Source: Candidatus Krumholzibacteriota bacterium
GTDB lineage: Bacteria; Krumholzibacteriota; Krumholzibacteriia; JAJRXK01
Length of the DNA: 64,000 nt
Assembly: GCA_963727455.1 (NCBI GenBank)
Contig: CAVSGG010000007.1
Location: 64,001 to 128,000 of the forward strand
Reading direction: 5' to 3'
Below, piece after piece: positions 10,700 through 20,017 of this stretch (position 1 is its first letter; every line of letters begins with the position of its first letter). The notes beneath the pieces were generated by a model. It saw only the letters and a list, made by a program, of their open reading frames with translations, searched no databases and was not told the origin of the DNA. The position numbers were made by a program, and so were the translations under genes.

Positions 10700-10728
10700 T
10701 TGAATTGTCCGCCACTCTACCGTACCCT
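10700..10728 (+). promoter_or_regulatory. Putative sigma70 promoter for the STAS gene
   Basis: TTGAAT-N17-TACCCT. Confidence 0.4.
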
Positions 10729-10811
10729 GCTTTGGTCGTGGATGAAGCCGCTACGCGGGGCTCTGTCCCTATCCAACCTTTTTTCTTGCTGGCTCAGTAC
10801 TGGAGGCCCCG

Positions 10812-11153
10812 GTGAAGATCAAACAGCGCGAAAGTGGAGATGTCGTGGTTCTCGAGCTCTCGGGAAAGATCATGGGCGGCGACGACTTCAATCTCTTCCA
10901 CGACACCATCAAGAAGCTCGTTGGCGAGGGCAAGATCGACATCCTCTTGAACATGTCGAGGGTGAAGTGGATCAACAGTACCGGTCTGGGGCTGATGGTC
11001 TCCGCATATACCAGTCTGGTGAAGAACGGCGGACGGATGAAGATCTGCGAGATGAGCGATCGCATCGATAACATCCTCCACGTAACGCAACTGGGATTGG
11101 TCTTCGAGAACTACGACAAGGAAGGTGAGGCGGTCGCCTCCTTTGACGACTGA
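10812..11153 (+). CDS. STAS-domain anti-sigma factor antagonist
   Basis: GGAGG RBS; VVLELSGKIMGG, ILLNMSRVKWINSTGLG (phospho-Ser motif), ILHVTQL. Confidence 0.9.
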   Translation: MKIKQRESGDVVVLELSGKIMGGDDFNLFHDTIKKLVGEGKIDILLNMSRVKWINSTGLGLMVSAYTSLVKNGGRMKICEMSDRIDNILHVTQLGLVFENYDKEGEAVASFDD

Positions 11154-11358
11154 GGCGAAGCCGGCGCATTGCCGCGGCGAGTTTCGTTCAGCGGGCCGGC
11201 GTGGCCCTCTTGGAAGACATTCTGAGTAACAACTGGAAAGCGTGGGTAATCGGAACCACGCGCCCGCGGCTGAACGGCCCGAAGCTTGCCACACGGAGGG
11301 TGGAAACTCCGGGCCAGAGTGTGTCCGGAAGCAATCGCCCGGGATCCGAGGAGTCGTC

Positions 11359-11976
11359 ATGCCGGACCGTTCTCAAGCTCCAGGTCGTCCATCGACGGTG
11401 CTGTCCAACGATCAGGCCACAGCCAGCGTCATCGATACGCTCAAGTCGAACGAGCACCTCGCGGCGGAAAATCCGCGCGAGGCTCTCGACGAGATGCTCG
11501 CGTTCCTCGCGGCGCGAGGACCGCACGCACTGGTCCTGAGCCGCATCGCCGTTCTCAAGCAGAAGCTCGGCGAGGAAGACGCGCTGAGCACCGTGAAGGA
11601 GGCGGTGCAGCTGGCGGTATCGGTGGGCAATCTCTCTGCCATCAGCGAAACTCTGGCCCCCTTCGGCGAGCAGTGGGACGCCCTGGAACTCGAGCCCGAG
11701 CAGTGGATCAAGTTGGGGGCGGTGCAGCGCTCGACGCACCATTTTGACCTCGCGCAGCGGATCTACGCCTATTTGCTGGAAGAGGATCCCAGCCGCCTGA
11801 AAGCGGTGAAGGGAATGCTGCAGCTGGCGGACGATCATCTCCGTCGCCCGGAGACCACGGAAAAGGCCCTTCGGGTCTACGACCAGCTCGAAGAACTCGC
11901 GCCGGACCATCCTTTCGAGGAATACGTCGAAATGGGCCGCGAGCTGGCCGCGCGCCAGCTGGAACCGAGCACTTAG
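11359..11976 (+). CDS. Hypothetical helical (TPR-like) protein
   Basis: GAGGAG RBS before ATG 11359; helical repeat-like sequence (AQRIYAYLLEEDP, ALRVYDQLEELAPDHP). Confidence 0.6.
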   Translation: MPDRSQAPGRPSTVLSNDQATASVIDTLKSNEHLAAENPREALDEMLAFLAARGPHALVLSRIAVLKQKLGEEDALSTVKEAVQLAVSVGNLSAISETLAPFGEQWDALELEPEQWIKLGAVQRSTHHFDLAQRIYAYLLEEDPSRLKAVKGMLQLADDHLRRPETTEKALRVYDQLEELAPDHPFEEYVEMGRELAARQLEPST

Positions 11977-12734
11977 TCGTCGCCCTTCAGGTGGCGGATC
12001 CAGAGCTTCACGTCACGGAGAAAGCGCCCGAGGACGGTGAGGCTTGCCCAGAGGAACCCCGGGAATCCGTCGCGCCATCCCCCCCGGAAGAAATACACCC
12101 GGCAAAAGGTCGAAGGCGGGCTCGTGATGAGATGCCAGGTGTCGAAACTGCGTGAGCCTTCACGAATCTCCAGCGTGGTGTAGAGGTCCATCTTGCGTAG
12201 ATAGCTGTCGACCCCGCCGAAGGTGTAATGATCCAGCGGCTCGTTGAGCAGTCCGATCGCCGTTCCGGGTGGCAGGGTCACTCCCTCGTGAACCAGATGG
12301 CCGTTGTACCTGGCTTCCGCGCGCCGAAAGAGACGCAGCTGAGTGTCGCGCTCCAGACCCATCGAAGTCATTTGCCGTCCAAGGACGAAATTGCGCCGGC
12401 GCAAGCGAAATCCGCCCATTCCCACCAGTTGCTGATTCGCCTCCAGCTGCCGGATCTTCCGCGCCAGTTCCGAGGAGACTCTCTCGTCGGCGTCCAAGGC
12501 CAGCACCCATTCCTTTTGGGCCTCGTCCAAAGCTCTCTGTTTGGCCTGACTGAAATCCTCAAAGGGGGCTTCCAGCAGTCGCAAATTCTTCTCGGCTCGC
12601 GCGATTGCGAGCGTGGAGTCGGTGCTGCCCGTGTCCACCAACACGATCTCATCGGCCAGCTCACGCACGCTGGCCAGCGCTCCGGCGAGCTTGTCCTCTT
12701 CGTTGCGCGTGATGATGATGACGCTCAATGTCAT
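11973..12734 (-). CDS. Glycosyltransferase family 2 (KdtX/WaaE-like LPS core glucosyltransferase)
   Basis: LSVIIITRNEE, VDTGSTDST, WVLALDADERVS, RLFRR, VHE, GWRDGFPG. Confidence 0.9.
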   Translation of the reverse strand: MTLSVIIITRNEEDKLAGALASVRELADEIVLVDTGSTDSTLAIARAEKNLRLLEAPFEDFSQAKQRALDEAQKEWVLALDADERVSSELARKIRQLEANQQLVGMGGFRLRRRNFVLGRQMTSMGLERDTQLRLFRRAEARYNGHLVHEGVTLPPGTAIGLLNEPLDHYTFGGVDSYLRKMDLYTTLEIREGSRSFDTWHLITSPPSTFCRVYFFRGGWRDGFPGFLWASLTVLGRFLRDVKLWIRHLKGDD

Positions 12735-12890
12735 GGGAAGTGCGCCCCGGCCGGGATTCTTCGGCTTGCCCCCTGGGGCTTGCCATACTTGTTTGAAGGC
12801 TCGCGGGAGCGAGTATCCGCGGCCGCCACGGCGGACGTCAACGCCCGGGGTAGAATCCCCGACCTCATCTCAGGCAGGAAAGAACGGACC

Positions 12891-14009
12891 ATGGCCCATC
12901 TCACCCAGCAGCAAGTCGAAGATACGTTGAAAACGGTGAAATATCCGGGATTTCGGCGCGATATCGTCTCCTTCGGACTGGTCAAGGAGATCCGGATCGA
13001 GGGCGCCACGGTACACGTCCTGCTGGAGCACGGCATCGACGACCTTCAGACCCTACGCTCGATTCAGAAGGATGCCCAGGCGGCTCTGGATGCCCTGCCA
13101 GGAGTGCAGGCGGCCCACCTGGAGCTGCGGGGCAAGGCCAGCGCCCCGAAGGCGGCGCCCAGGAAACCCGGCCCCTCAGCGCACGGCCACCCTCCCGCCG
13201 GCTCGGGCGATCCGTGGGCGGGACAGGCGGCACTGCCCCAAGTGAAATCCATTCTGGCCGTGGCGAGCGCGAAGGGCGGCGTGGGAAAATCGACGGTGGC
13301 TACCAATCTGGCCCTGGCCCTCGCCCGCCGTGGGCAGAAGGTGGGATTGCTCGACGCGGACATCTACGGTCCAAGCCTCCCCACGATGCTGGGGATCGAC
13401 GAGCAGCCGCAGATCTCCGAGGATCGCAAGATCCTGCCGATCCACAAAGAGGGCATCGCCTGCATGTCCATCGGCTTTCTCGTGCCGCGCGACAAGGCCA
13501 TGATCTGGCGCGGCCCCATGGTGATGGGCGCGGTGACCCAGTTCTTGAACGAGGTGGTCTGGGGCGATCTGGACGTGCTCGTGGTGGATCTGCCGCCGGG
13601 CACCGGCGATGCGCAGCTCACGCTCGTACAGAGAGTTCCGCTGAGTGGGGTGATCATGGTGACCACGCCGCAGGATGTCGCACTCATCGACGTGGTGCGC
13701 GGTATTCAGATGTTCGAGGAGACCAAGGTTCCCATCGTCGGCGTGGTGGAGAACATGAGTGGATTCATCTGTCCGCATTGCGGTCACGAGGAAGATGTGT
13801 TTGGAAAGGGTGGGGGCAAGCGGACCAGTGATCGCTTCGGTGTTCCCTATCTGGGGAGCATACCGATCGAGGCCCGCGTCCGCGAGTGCGGAGATACGGG
13901 TCTTCCGGTGGTCGCATCTTCCTCCGAGAGTCCCGCCACCCGGGCCTTCATGGAAGTGGCCCGGCAGGTGGAACTCTTTCTGCGCGAACGAGTCCTCTCT
14001 CGCAGCTAA
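12891..14009 (+). CDS. apbC: Mrp/NBP35 iron-sulfur cluster carrier ATPase
   Basis: VKYPGFRRDIVSFG, ASAKGGVGKST, DADIYGPS, WRGPM, DLPPGTGD, ENMS.F.CPHC. Confidence 0.95.
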   Translation: MAHLTQQQVEDTLKTVKYPGFRRDIVSFGLVKEIRIEGATVHVLLEHGIDDLQTLRSIQKDAQAALDALPGVQAAHLELRGKASAPKAAPRKPGPSAHGHPPAGSGDPWAGQAALPQVKSILAVASAKGGVGKSTVATNLALALARRGQKVGLLDADIYGPSLPTMLGIDEQPQISEDRKILPIHKEGIACMSIGFLVPRDKAMIWRGPMVMGAVTQFLNEVVWGDLDVLVVDLPPGTGDAQLTLVQRVPLSGVIMVTTPQDVALIDVVRGIQMFEETKVPIVGVVENMSGFICPHCGHEEDVFGKGGGKRTSDRFGVPYLGSIPIEARVRECGDTGLPVVASSSESPATRAFMEVARQVELFLRERVLSRS

Positions 14010-14042
14010 GTGCTTAGGATCCATGGCCGAGAGGAGAGACCC

Positions 14043-14513
14043 ATGGTGATGAAACTCCTCAATTACTGTTCGCCCGAACTCTGCTTTGCCTCGTTGAAGG
14101 CGGCGGACCGCAGAGAATGCCTCGAAGTGCTTGTCGACCGCCTGGCCGAGCTCGGGCGCATCAACGACTCACCGGCCCTTCTGGATGCGGTCCTGGCGCG
14201 CGAAGAGATGGAGTCCACCGGAATCGGCGGCGGAATGGCGCTGCCCCACGTGCGCAGCGAGCAGCTCGCGGGCAGCGTGGTGATGATTGCCCATCTGGCC
14301 GAGCCCATCGATTTCAACGCGGCCGACGGTGAGCCCGTCGATCTGATCTTTCTTCTCGTGGGTTCGCGGGAACTCCCCGGTCAACAGCTGCGGGTCCTGG
14401 CCCGGATCTCCAAACTACTGCGTATCGATTCCTTCCTCGCCGCGCTGCGATCGGCGGAGACTCCCGCTGCCATTATGGCCGCTCTGCGCGAAGTCGAAGC
14501 CAAACACTTCTAG
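14043..14513 (+). CDS. Stand-alone PTS EIIA (Ntr/Fru-type)
   Basis: REEMESTGIGGGMALPHVR, DFNAADGEPVDLIFLL, LARISKL. Confidence 0.9.
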   Translation: MVMKLLNYCSPELCFASLKAADRRECLEVLVDRLAELGRINDSPALLDAVLAREEMESTGIGGGMALPHVRSEQLAGSVVMIAHLAEPIDFNAADGEPVDLIFLLVGSRELPGQQLRVLARISKLLRIDSFLAALRSAETPAAIMAALREVEAKHF

Positions 14514-14777
14514 AAGTTTTCGCCTCGGCTCTCTCGCCTTTCCATTTCCCCGCGCTCGCGCGGGCTGCTCGAGAGAAAGAAAAATCTGGGGACTATCGAA
14601 TCTTCTTCTTCCCCATCTCTTTCCAGTTTGCTAGCGTAGTTGCTCTTTCCCGCGGGTAGTAGCGGTCCACGCAGCCAGGGAGGATTTTTCACATCCTGCC
14701 CGTCGTGACTCTCGACCGCTCCTCGCTCGATGATCCGATCGGCGGCCCTTCGCGGCCGTCAGCCAAGGAGCTGGACC

Positions 14778-17700
14778 TTGCGACGCAAACTGGGAATGGC
14801 CGCAACGCTGGCCGTCACGACCCTTTGGGTTCTTCTCGCGCTGGGCGCAACGACCGCGGTGGCACAGCCCACACTGGTCAGCGTTCAGAACACCGACTTG
14901 TCCACTGTGGTCGTCACCTTTTCCGAGAACATCGACACTGTGACCGGGGAAACGGCCTCCAACTACTTTCTTTTCGAGAAGGACACCCCGGGGAATCAAC
15001 CTGGCATTTCCAGCGCGTCAGTCTCGGGAACGGAGGTGACGCTCGCGCTCGCCACTCCCCTCACCGGAGGTGTGGTCTACACCCTGCGGGTGCAGAACGT
15101 GGAGAACACTTCGAACCAGCCCATCTCTGGCGTGCCCGCTTTGGATTTCACTGCCACGGGAGGCAGCAGCGCCACTCCGATCGCAGACATTCAAGGAAAC
15201 GAAGCTGCCTACGACGGTCAGGTCGTCACGGTGGAAGGCGTGGTGTACATCCCGACCAATTACCGGGGCACCACGATTTCCGGTTACATCCAGGACAGCT
15301 CGGGACGCGGGATCAACCTCTTCGGCAGCGGGATGGACGTGGCCGAGCTTCAGGCCGTGGGCAATCGCGTGAGCGTCACCGGCACCGTATCTACTTACTT
15401 CACCACGGTGGAAATCACCAATCCCACCGACGTGACGCTCCTCTCTAGCGGCAATCCCCTGCCCACCGCGGCGCAGCTTTCTACGGGGGCGGCGGCCAAC
15501 GCGCAGTGGGAAGGGACTTTCATCGAGGTCACCGGGACCATCAGCGCGCAGGCCGTGTCAGGACCGGGGACCAACTACACGATTAACGACGGTTCGGGAC
15601 CGATTGACGTGCGCGTCGTGGACACACTTAGCGCTCCTAACTTCAGTAACGGCACCACCATCACCGCGCGTGGCGCGGGAGGAGCTTTCTCCACCACCTT
15701 CCAGGTCTTGGTGGGCGCGGCTTCTGACGTTTCTACTGCGGGTCCTACGGAGCTCGCGGTGAGCGACGCCTCGGCCAGCGACGCGACCACGGTGGTCGTC
15801 AACTTCAACAAGGCCATCGATGCGGCTAGCGCGAGCGATCCTGGATCGTTCAGCGTCTATCCCACGGGGCAGCCGGGAAGTCCCTTCAGCGTGACCGCAG
15901 TGAGCCCCGCCAGCGCGAGCGTCACTCTCACTCTGGGATCTTCGCTCAGTGACGGAGTGTCCTACACCGTCGAGGTGGCCGACGTCGAAGACACCGGCGG
16001 CGGCGTCATCGGCAGCAGCAACTCGGCGAGCTTCACCTTCACTGCCTCGAGCGCGACTTCCATTGCCACCATTCAGGCCAATCCCTCTTCCTATGATGGC
16101 CAGGTGGTCACGGTGGAAGGCGTGGTCTACATCCCCAGCGACTATCGCGGGGCCACCATTTCCGGTTACATCCAGGACAGTTCGGGTCGGGGGATCAATC
16201 TCTTCGGCTCGGGCTTTGACGTTCCGGCCGCCCAGACCGTGGGCAACCGGATCCGAGTGACCGGTACCGTCTCCCTGTACTTCAGTACCGTGGAGATTTC
16301 CAATCCGACCGAAGTGACGGTGCTCTCGGGCGACAATCCGCGGCCGTCGGCGGTGCAGCTCAGCACGGGCGCTGCGTCCAGCAGCGACTGGGAAGGTACT
16401 TTCATCGAGGTCACCGGAACCATCAGCTCGCAGGCGGTGGGAGGACCGGGGACCAACTACACGGTGAATGACGGCTCGGGTACGATCGTCGTTAGGGTCG
16501 TGGACACTCTGGGCGCGCCGAGCTACAGCAACGGCACCACGATCACCGCGCGGGGTGCGGGTGGATACTTCGACCCCGACTACCAGGTACTGGTGGGTCT
16601 GGTCAGCGACATCAGCACCGGCGGCGGGGCCGATACCGATCCCCCCACCGTGACCGGAGCCAGCGCTACTTCTGCCAACTCCGTCAGCGTGAATTTCAAC
16701 GAGCCTCTGGACTCGACCACCGCGCAGAGTGCGAGCAACTATCAGCTTTATGAGACCTCCGCTCCGGCCAACACCATCATGGTGAGCGGTGCGACGCTGG
16801 TCGGAAGCAAGGTCACCCTGAGCCTCGGCTCCGACATGACGGATGGGACTTCTTATACCGTTTCGGTCACGGGCGTGGAGGACCTCGCGGGAAACGTGAT
16901 CGCGGGCAGCAACACTGCTTCCTTCACCTACACCGCATCCAACGCCACTCCCATTGCCACCATTCAGGCCAATCCCTCTTCCTATGATGGCCAGGTGGTC
17001 ACGGTGGAAGGCGTGGTCTACATCCCCAGCGACTATCGCGGGGCCACCATTTCCGGTTACATCCAGGACAGTTCGGGTCGGGGGATCAATCTCTTCGGCT
17101 CGGGCTTTGACGTTCCGGCCGCCCAGACCGTGGGCAACCGGATCCGAGTGACCGGTACCGTCTCCCTGTACTTCAGTACCGTGGAGATTTCCAATCCGAC
17201 CGAAGTGACGGTGCTCTCGGGTGACAATCCGCGGCCGTCGGCGGTGCAGCTCAGCACGGGCGCTGCGTCCAGCAGCGACTGGGAAGGTACTTTCATCGAG
17301 GTTACCGGAACCATCAGCTCGCAGGCGGTGGGAGGACCGGGGACCAACTACACGGTGAATGACGGCTCGGGTACGATCGTCGTTAGGGTCGTGGACACTC
17401 TGGGCGCGCCGAGCTACAGCAACGGCACCACGATCACCGCGCGGGGTGCGGGTGGATACTTCGACCCCGACTACCAGGTACTGGTGGGTCTGGTCAGCGA
17501 CATCAGCACCGGCGGCGGAGCCGATACCGATCCCCCCACCGTGACGACCGCAAACGCCAGCTCTGCAACTTCCGTCAGCGTGAACTTCAATGAAGCCCTG
17601 GACACCGCGACGGCGCAGACCGCGAGCAACTACCAGGTGTTCGAGACCGCCACTCCCGCGAATACCTTCGCGGTGAGCAGCGCCGCTCTCAACGGCAGCC

Positions 17701-19088
17701 GCGTTACTTTGACTCTGGCGTCCGGGCTGACCGAGGGTACCTCGTACACCGTCTCCGTGAGCAACGTGGAGGATGTGGCGGGGAACGTGATCGCGGGGAG
17801 TAATACGGCGGTCTTTACCTACACTGCATCCAATGCGATTCCCATCGCCACCATTCAGGCCGATCCCGAGAGCTACGATGGCCAGGTGGTCACGGTGCAG
17901 GGCGTGGTGTACATCCCCAGCGACTACCGCGGCGCCACGACCTCGGGTTACATCCAGGATTCCTCGGGTCGAGGGATTAACGTCTTCGGCAGCGGCTTCA
18001 ACGTCGCGGCCACACAAACCGTGGGCAACCAGGTCGAGGTGACGGGAACGGTCTCTCTCTACTTCACCACGGTCGAAATCACCAATCCGACGACGGTGAA
18101 GGTGCTTTCGGGCGGCAATCCGCGACCGCCGGTAGCCCAGCTCTCCACTGGGGCGGCGGCCAACGGGCAGTGGGAGGGGACCTTCATCGAGGTCTCCGGA
18201 CCGATCACTGCGCAAGCGGTTGCGGGTCCCGGCGTGAATTACACGGTGAACGACGGCTCGGGGCCGATCGACATTCGCGTGGTGGACACGCTTAGCGCAC
18301 CCACCTTCAGCAACGGCACCACCATCACGGCACGCGGCGCGGGTGGTTTGTTCGGGAGCACCTATCAGGTGAATGTGGGATTGGCGAGCGACATTTTCGA
18401 GGGCAAGCCTGACGACACCTCGCCTCCAAGAATCGACCGAGCCAGCCTGGAAACCGCCTCGACGGTGATCATCGATTTCAGCGAGGGGCTGGAGCCGAGT
18501 TCCGCCACTGCGAGTTCCAATTACCAGGTCTATCGCACCAACGCTCCCTCGCAAACCGCCGGGGTGGTCAGTGCCGAATTCGCGTCGGGATCGGCGAACC
18601 GTATCCGTCTGACCCTCGACCGTAACCTGGGACTGGAGGAGAACTGGTCGGTGCGCGTGACGGGGGTGGCCGACCTGAATGGCAACGCCATCCCGGCGCC
18701 CGGGCTGACCGCCAACCTCGCACCTCTCCTGGTGGACGCCATCAAGTTGGAGGGTCCACCCTTCACTTTCCTGCCTCGCGACGGCGAGCGCTATCCGCTG
18801 ACCATCAATCTCACTTCCGATCTCATCGCGAAAAACGGCGAAGTGATCCTGAGAATCTTCAACATGAACGGGACTCTCGTGAAGACTCTATTCGACAGTC
18901 GAGTGACGACACTCGAGTCCGTATTCAACGACAACCGGGCGACCTTCGAGTGGGACGGCAAGGACGAATTCGGCGAGTTTGTACCGGCCGGCGCATACGT
19001 AGCACACCTGCAGACGCGCTCCACCGGTAGCGACGGATCCAAAGAGAAGCAGATGCCCGTGGTCGTGGCATCGCGCTTGGACCGATAG
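14778..19088 (+). CDS. Secreted multidomain protein: signal peptide, (Ig-OB-OB)x4, Ig, and FlgD/T9SS type-B-like CTD; putative nucleic-acid-binding surface protein
   Basis: AAGGAG RBS with TTG 14778. Four copies of PIA.IQ..YDGQVVTVEGVV..GYIQD.SGRGI..G.R..VTGTV..YF..VEI followed by WEGTFIEVTG..NYT.NDGSG (YhcR/ExeM-like OB folds). Five V.V.F.E.LD..TA...SNY Ig domains. C-terminus IFNMNGTLVK..WDGKD..VPAGAY. Confidence 0.8.
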   Translation: MRRKLGMAATLAVTTLWVLLALGATTAVAQPTLVSVQNTDLSTVVVTFSENIDTVTGETASNYFLFEKDTPGNQPGISSASVSGTEVTLALATPLTGGVVYTLRVQNVENTSNQPISGVPALDFTATGGSSATPIADIQGNEAAYDGQVVTVEGVVYIPTNYRGTTISGYIQDSSGRGINLFGSGMDVAELQAVGNRVSVTGTVSTYFTTVEITNPTDVTLLSSGNPLPTAAQLSTGAAANAQWEGTFIEVTGTISAQAVSGPGTNYTINDGSGPIDVRVVDTLSAPNFSNGTTITARGAGGAFSTTFQVLVGAASDVSTAGPTELAVSDASASDATTVVVNFNKAIDAASASDPGSFSVYPTGQPGSPFSVTAVSPASASVTLTLGSSLSDGVSYTVEVADVEDTGGGVIGSSNSASFTFTASSATSIATIQANPSSYDGQVVTVEGVVYIPSDYRGATISGYIQDSSGRGINLFGSGFDVPAAQTVGNRIRVTGTVSLYFSTVEISNPTEVTVLSGDNPRPSAVQLSTGAASSSDWEGTFIEVTGTISSQAVGGPGTNYTVNDGSGTIVVRVVDTLGAPSYSNGTTITARGAGGYFDPDYQVLVGLVSDISTGGGADTDPPTVTGASATSANSVSVNFNEPLDSTTAQSASNYQLYETSAPANTIMVSGATLVGSKVTLSLGSDMTDGTSYTVSVTGVEDLAGNVIAGSNTASFTYTASNATPIATIQANPSSYDGQVVTVEGVVYIPSDYRGATISGYIQDSSGRGINLFGSGFDVPAAQTVGNRIRVTGTVSLYFSTVEISNPTEVTVLSGDNPRPSAVQLSTGAASSSDWEGTFIEVTGTISSQAVGGPGTNYTVNDGSGTIVVRVVDTLGAPSYSNGTTITARGAGGYFDPDYQVLVGLVSDISTGGGADTDPPTVTTANASSATSVSVNFNEALDTATAQTASNYQVFETATPANTFAVSSAALNGSRVTLTLASGLTEGTSYTVSVSNVEDVAGNVIAGSNTAVFTYTASNAIPIATIQADPESYDGQVVTVQGVVYIPSDYRGATTSGYIQDSSGRGINVFGSGFNVAATQTVGNQVEVTGTVSLYFTTVEITNPTTVKVLSGGNPRPPVAQLSTGAAANGQWEGTFIEVSGPITAQAVAGPGVNYTVNDGSGPIDIRVVDTLSAPTFSNGTTITARGAGGLFGSTYQVNVGLASDIFEGKPDDTSPPRIDRASLETASTVIIDFSEGLEPSSATASSNYQVYRTNAPSQTAGVVSAEFASGSANRIRLTLDRNLGLEENWSVRVTGVADLNGNAIPAPGLTANLAPLLVDAIKLEGPPFTFLPRDGERYPLTINLTSDLIAKNGEVILRIFNMNGTLVKTLFDSRVTTLESVFNDNRATFEWDGKDEFGEFVPAGAYVAHLQTRSTGSDGSKEKQMPVVVASRLDR
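16060..17545 (+). repeat. Intragenic direct repeat: two 595-bp copies (16060-16654 and 16951-17545)
   Basis: Manual alignment at an offset of 891 bp shows only three differences, all synonymous (GGC/GGT, GTC/GTT, GGG/GGA). Confidence 0.95.
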
Positions 19089-19101
19089 GAGGCACGGCTC
19101 A

Positions 19102-20016
19102 ATGCAATCGAAACGAACTCCGATTCTCCTGCTGCTGCCTCTGCTCTTGCTGGTCGCGACCAGCGCCCGGGCGGCCTTCGACGACCTCGCGGTGAGTCCG
19201 CGAGCGCGCGCCATGGGTTCGGCCGTGGTTGCGGTCGACGGCGATGCCTGGAGTTTTTACAACAACCCGGCGCTCTTGCCCTGGTTGGATAAGCCGGCAG
19301 CGGCCGCGGCGACTGCCGAACCCAACAACGGCGGGTACAACCGTCTGAGCACTCTGGGGGGAGCGATGCCCCTCCCGGGAAACTGGGGCGGTCTGGCAAT
19401 AGGCCTTCGGCACCTGGGTGTCGACAACAACGGCACGAGCCTTTTGAGCGAATACACGATCTCCGTTTCCAACGGATTTCAACTCTTCAAGGACGAAGCT
19501 TCCGGCGCGGCGGTGGGTTGGACCCTGAACTTCTACAACCTCGACTTCGGGCAGAGCATCGGGCTGGCCGGGGACGGAAGCAACGGGATCGACCCGGGCA
19601 ATGCCTGGGCTACCGGGCTGGATCTCGCTGGAATCGTGGAGGTATGGGACCGCACGAAGATTGGCTTCGTCGCCAAGAATATCAACAATCCCACGATTGG
19701 TGACGACAACGAGGAACTCATCCAGCAGGTGGCCATCGGAGTGAGCTATCAGCCTTACGAACAGGTCACGACCGCGTTCGACATCCGTAGCCGCGTGGGG
19801 GAGGAGTTCCGGGTCCACGGCGGGGCCGAGTTCGGTGTTCTCGACGTACTCGATCTGAGGGCGGGGCTCGAAACCGATCCCAACAAACTCTGCGCCGGAT
19901 TCGGAGTTCACTTTCACGGCGCCACGCTCGACTACGCTTTCTCCACCGGGGGAGGCGTTCTCGAGTCGACGCATCAATTCGGTCTGAGCTATCGCTTCTC
20001 GGGAGGGGGGGAGTAG
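19102..20016 (+). CDS. PorP/SprF- or PorV-like outer-membrane beta-barrel
   Basis: Signal peptide, SPRARAMGSA..FYNNPALL, about 300 aa, ends STHQFGLSYRF; lies directly after a CTD-bearing gene. Confidence 0.75.
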   Translation: MQSKRTPILLLLPLLLLVATSARAAFDDLAVSPRARAMGSAVVAVDGDAWSFYNNPALLPWLDKPAAAAATAEPNNGGYNRLSTLGGAMPLPGNWGGLAIGLRHLGVDNNGTSLLSEYTISVSNGFQLFKDEASGAAVGWTLNFYNLDFGQSIGLAGDGSNGIDPGNAWATGLDLAGIVEVWDRTKIGFVAKNINNPTIGDDNEELIQQVAIGVSYQPYEQVTTAFDIRSRVGEEFRVHGGAEFGVLDVLDLRAGLETDPNKLCAGFGVHFHGATLDYAFSTGGGVLESTHQFGLSYRFSGGGE

Positions 20017-20017
20017 C

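Noticed and set aside
12228-12890. N-terminal extension of the 593-aa Mrp ORF (likewise extensions of the ORFs at 5203, 25927, 49598 and 58496)
   Set aside because: They overlap neighbouring real genes or lack an RBS; true starts are downstream with an RBS or stop-start coupling.
14701-14716. GTCGTGACT resembling the start of a ZMP/ZTP riboswitch
   Set aside because: Lacks the following GGCG and the 3' CGCCTGGGC pseudoknot element.
16060-17545. Direct repeats as a possible mobile element or CRISPR
   Set aside because: They are in-frame protein domain repeats; no transposase, integrase, spacers or cas genes occur in the window.
15558-18554. 998-aa minus-strand ORF, and similar long antisense ORFs (24055-25803, 54995-56542, 62657-63985)
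   Set aside because: Shadow frames of well-supported plus-strand genes in GC-rich DNA; no motifs and unnatural composition.
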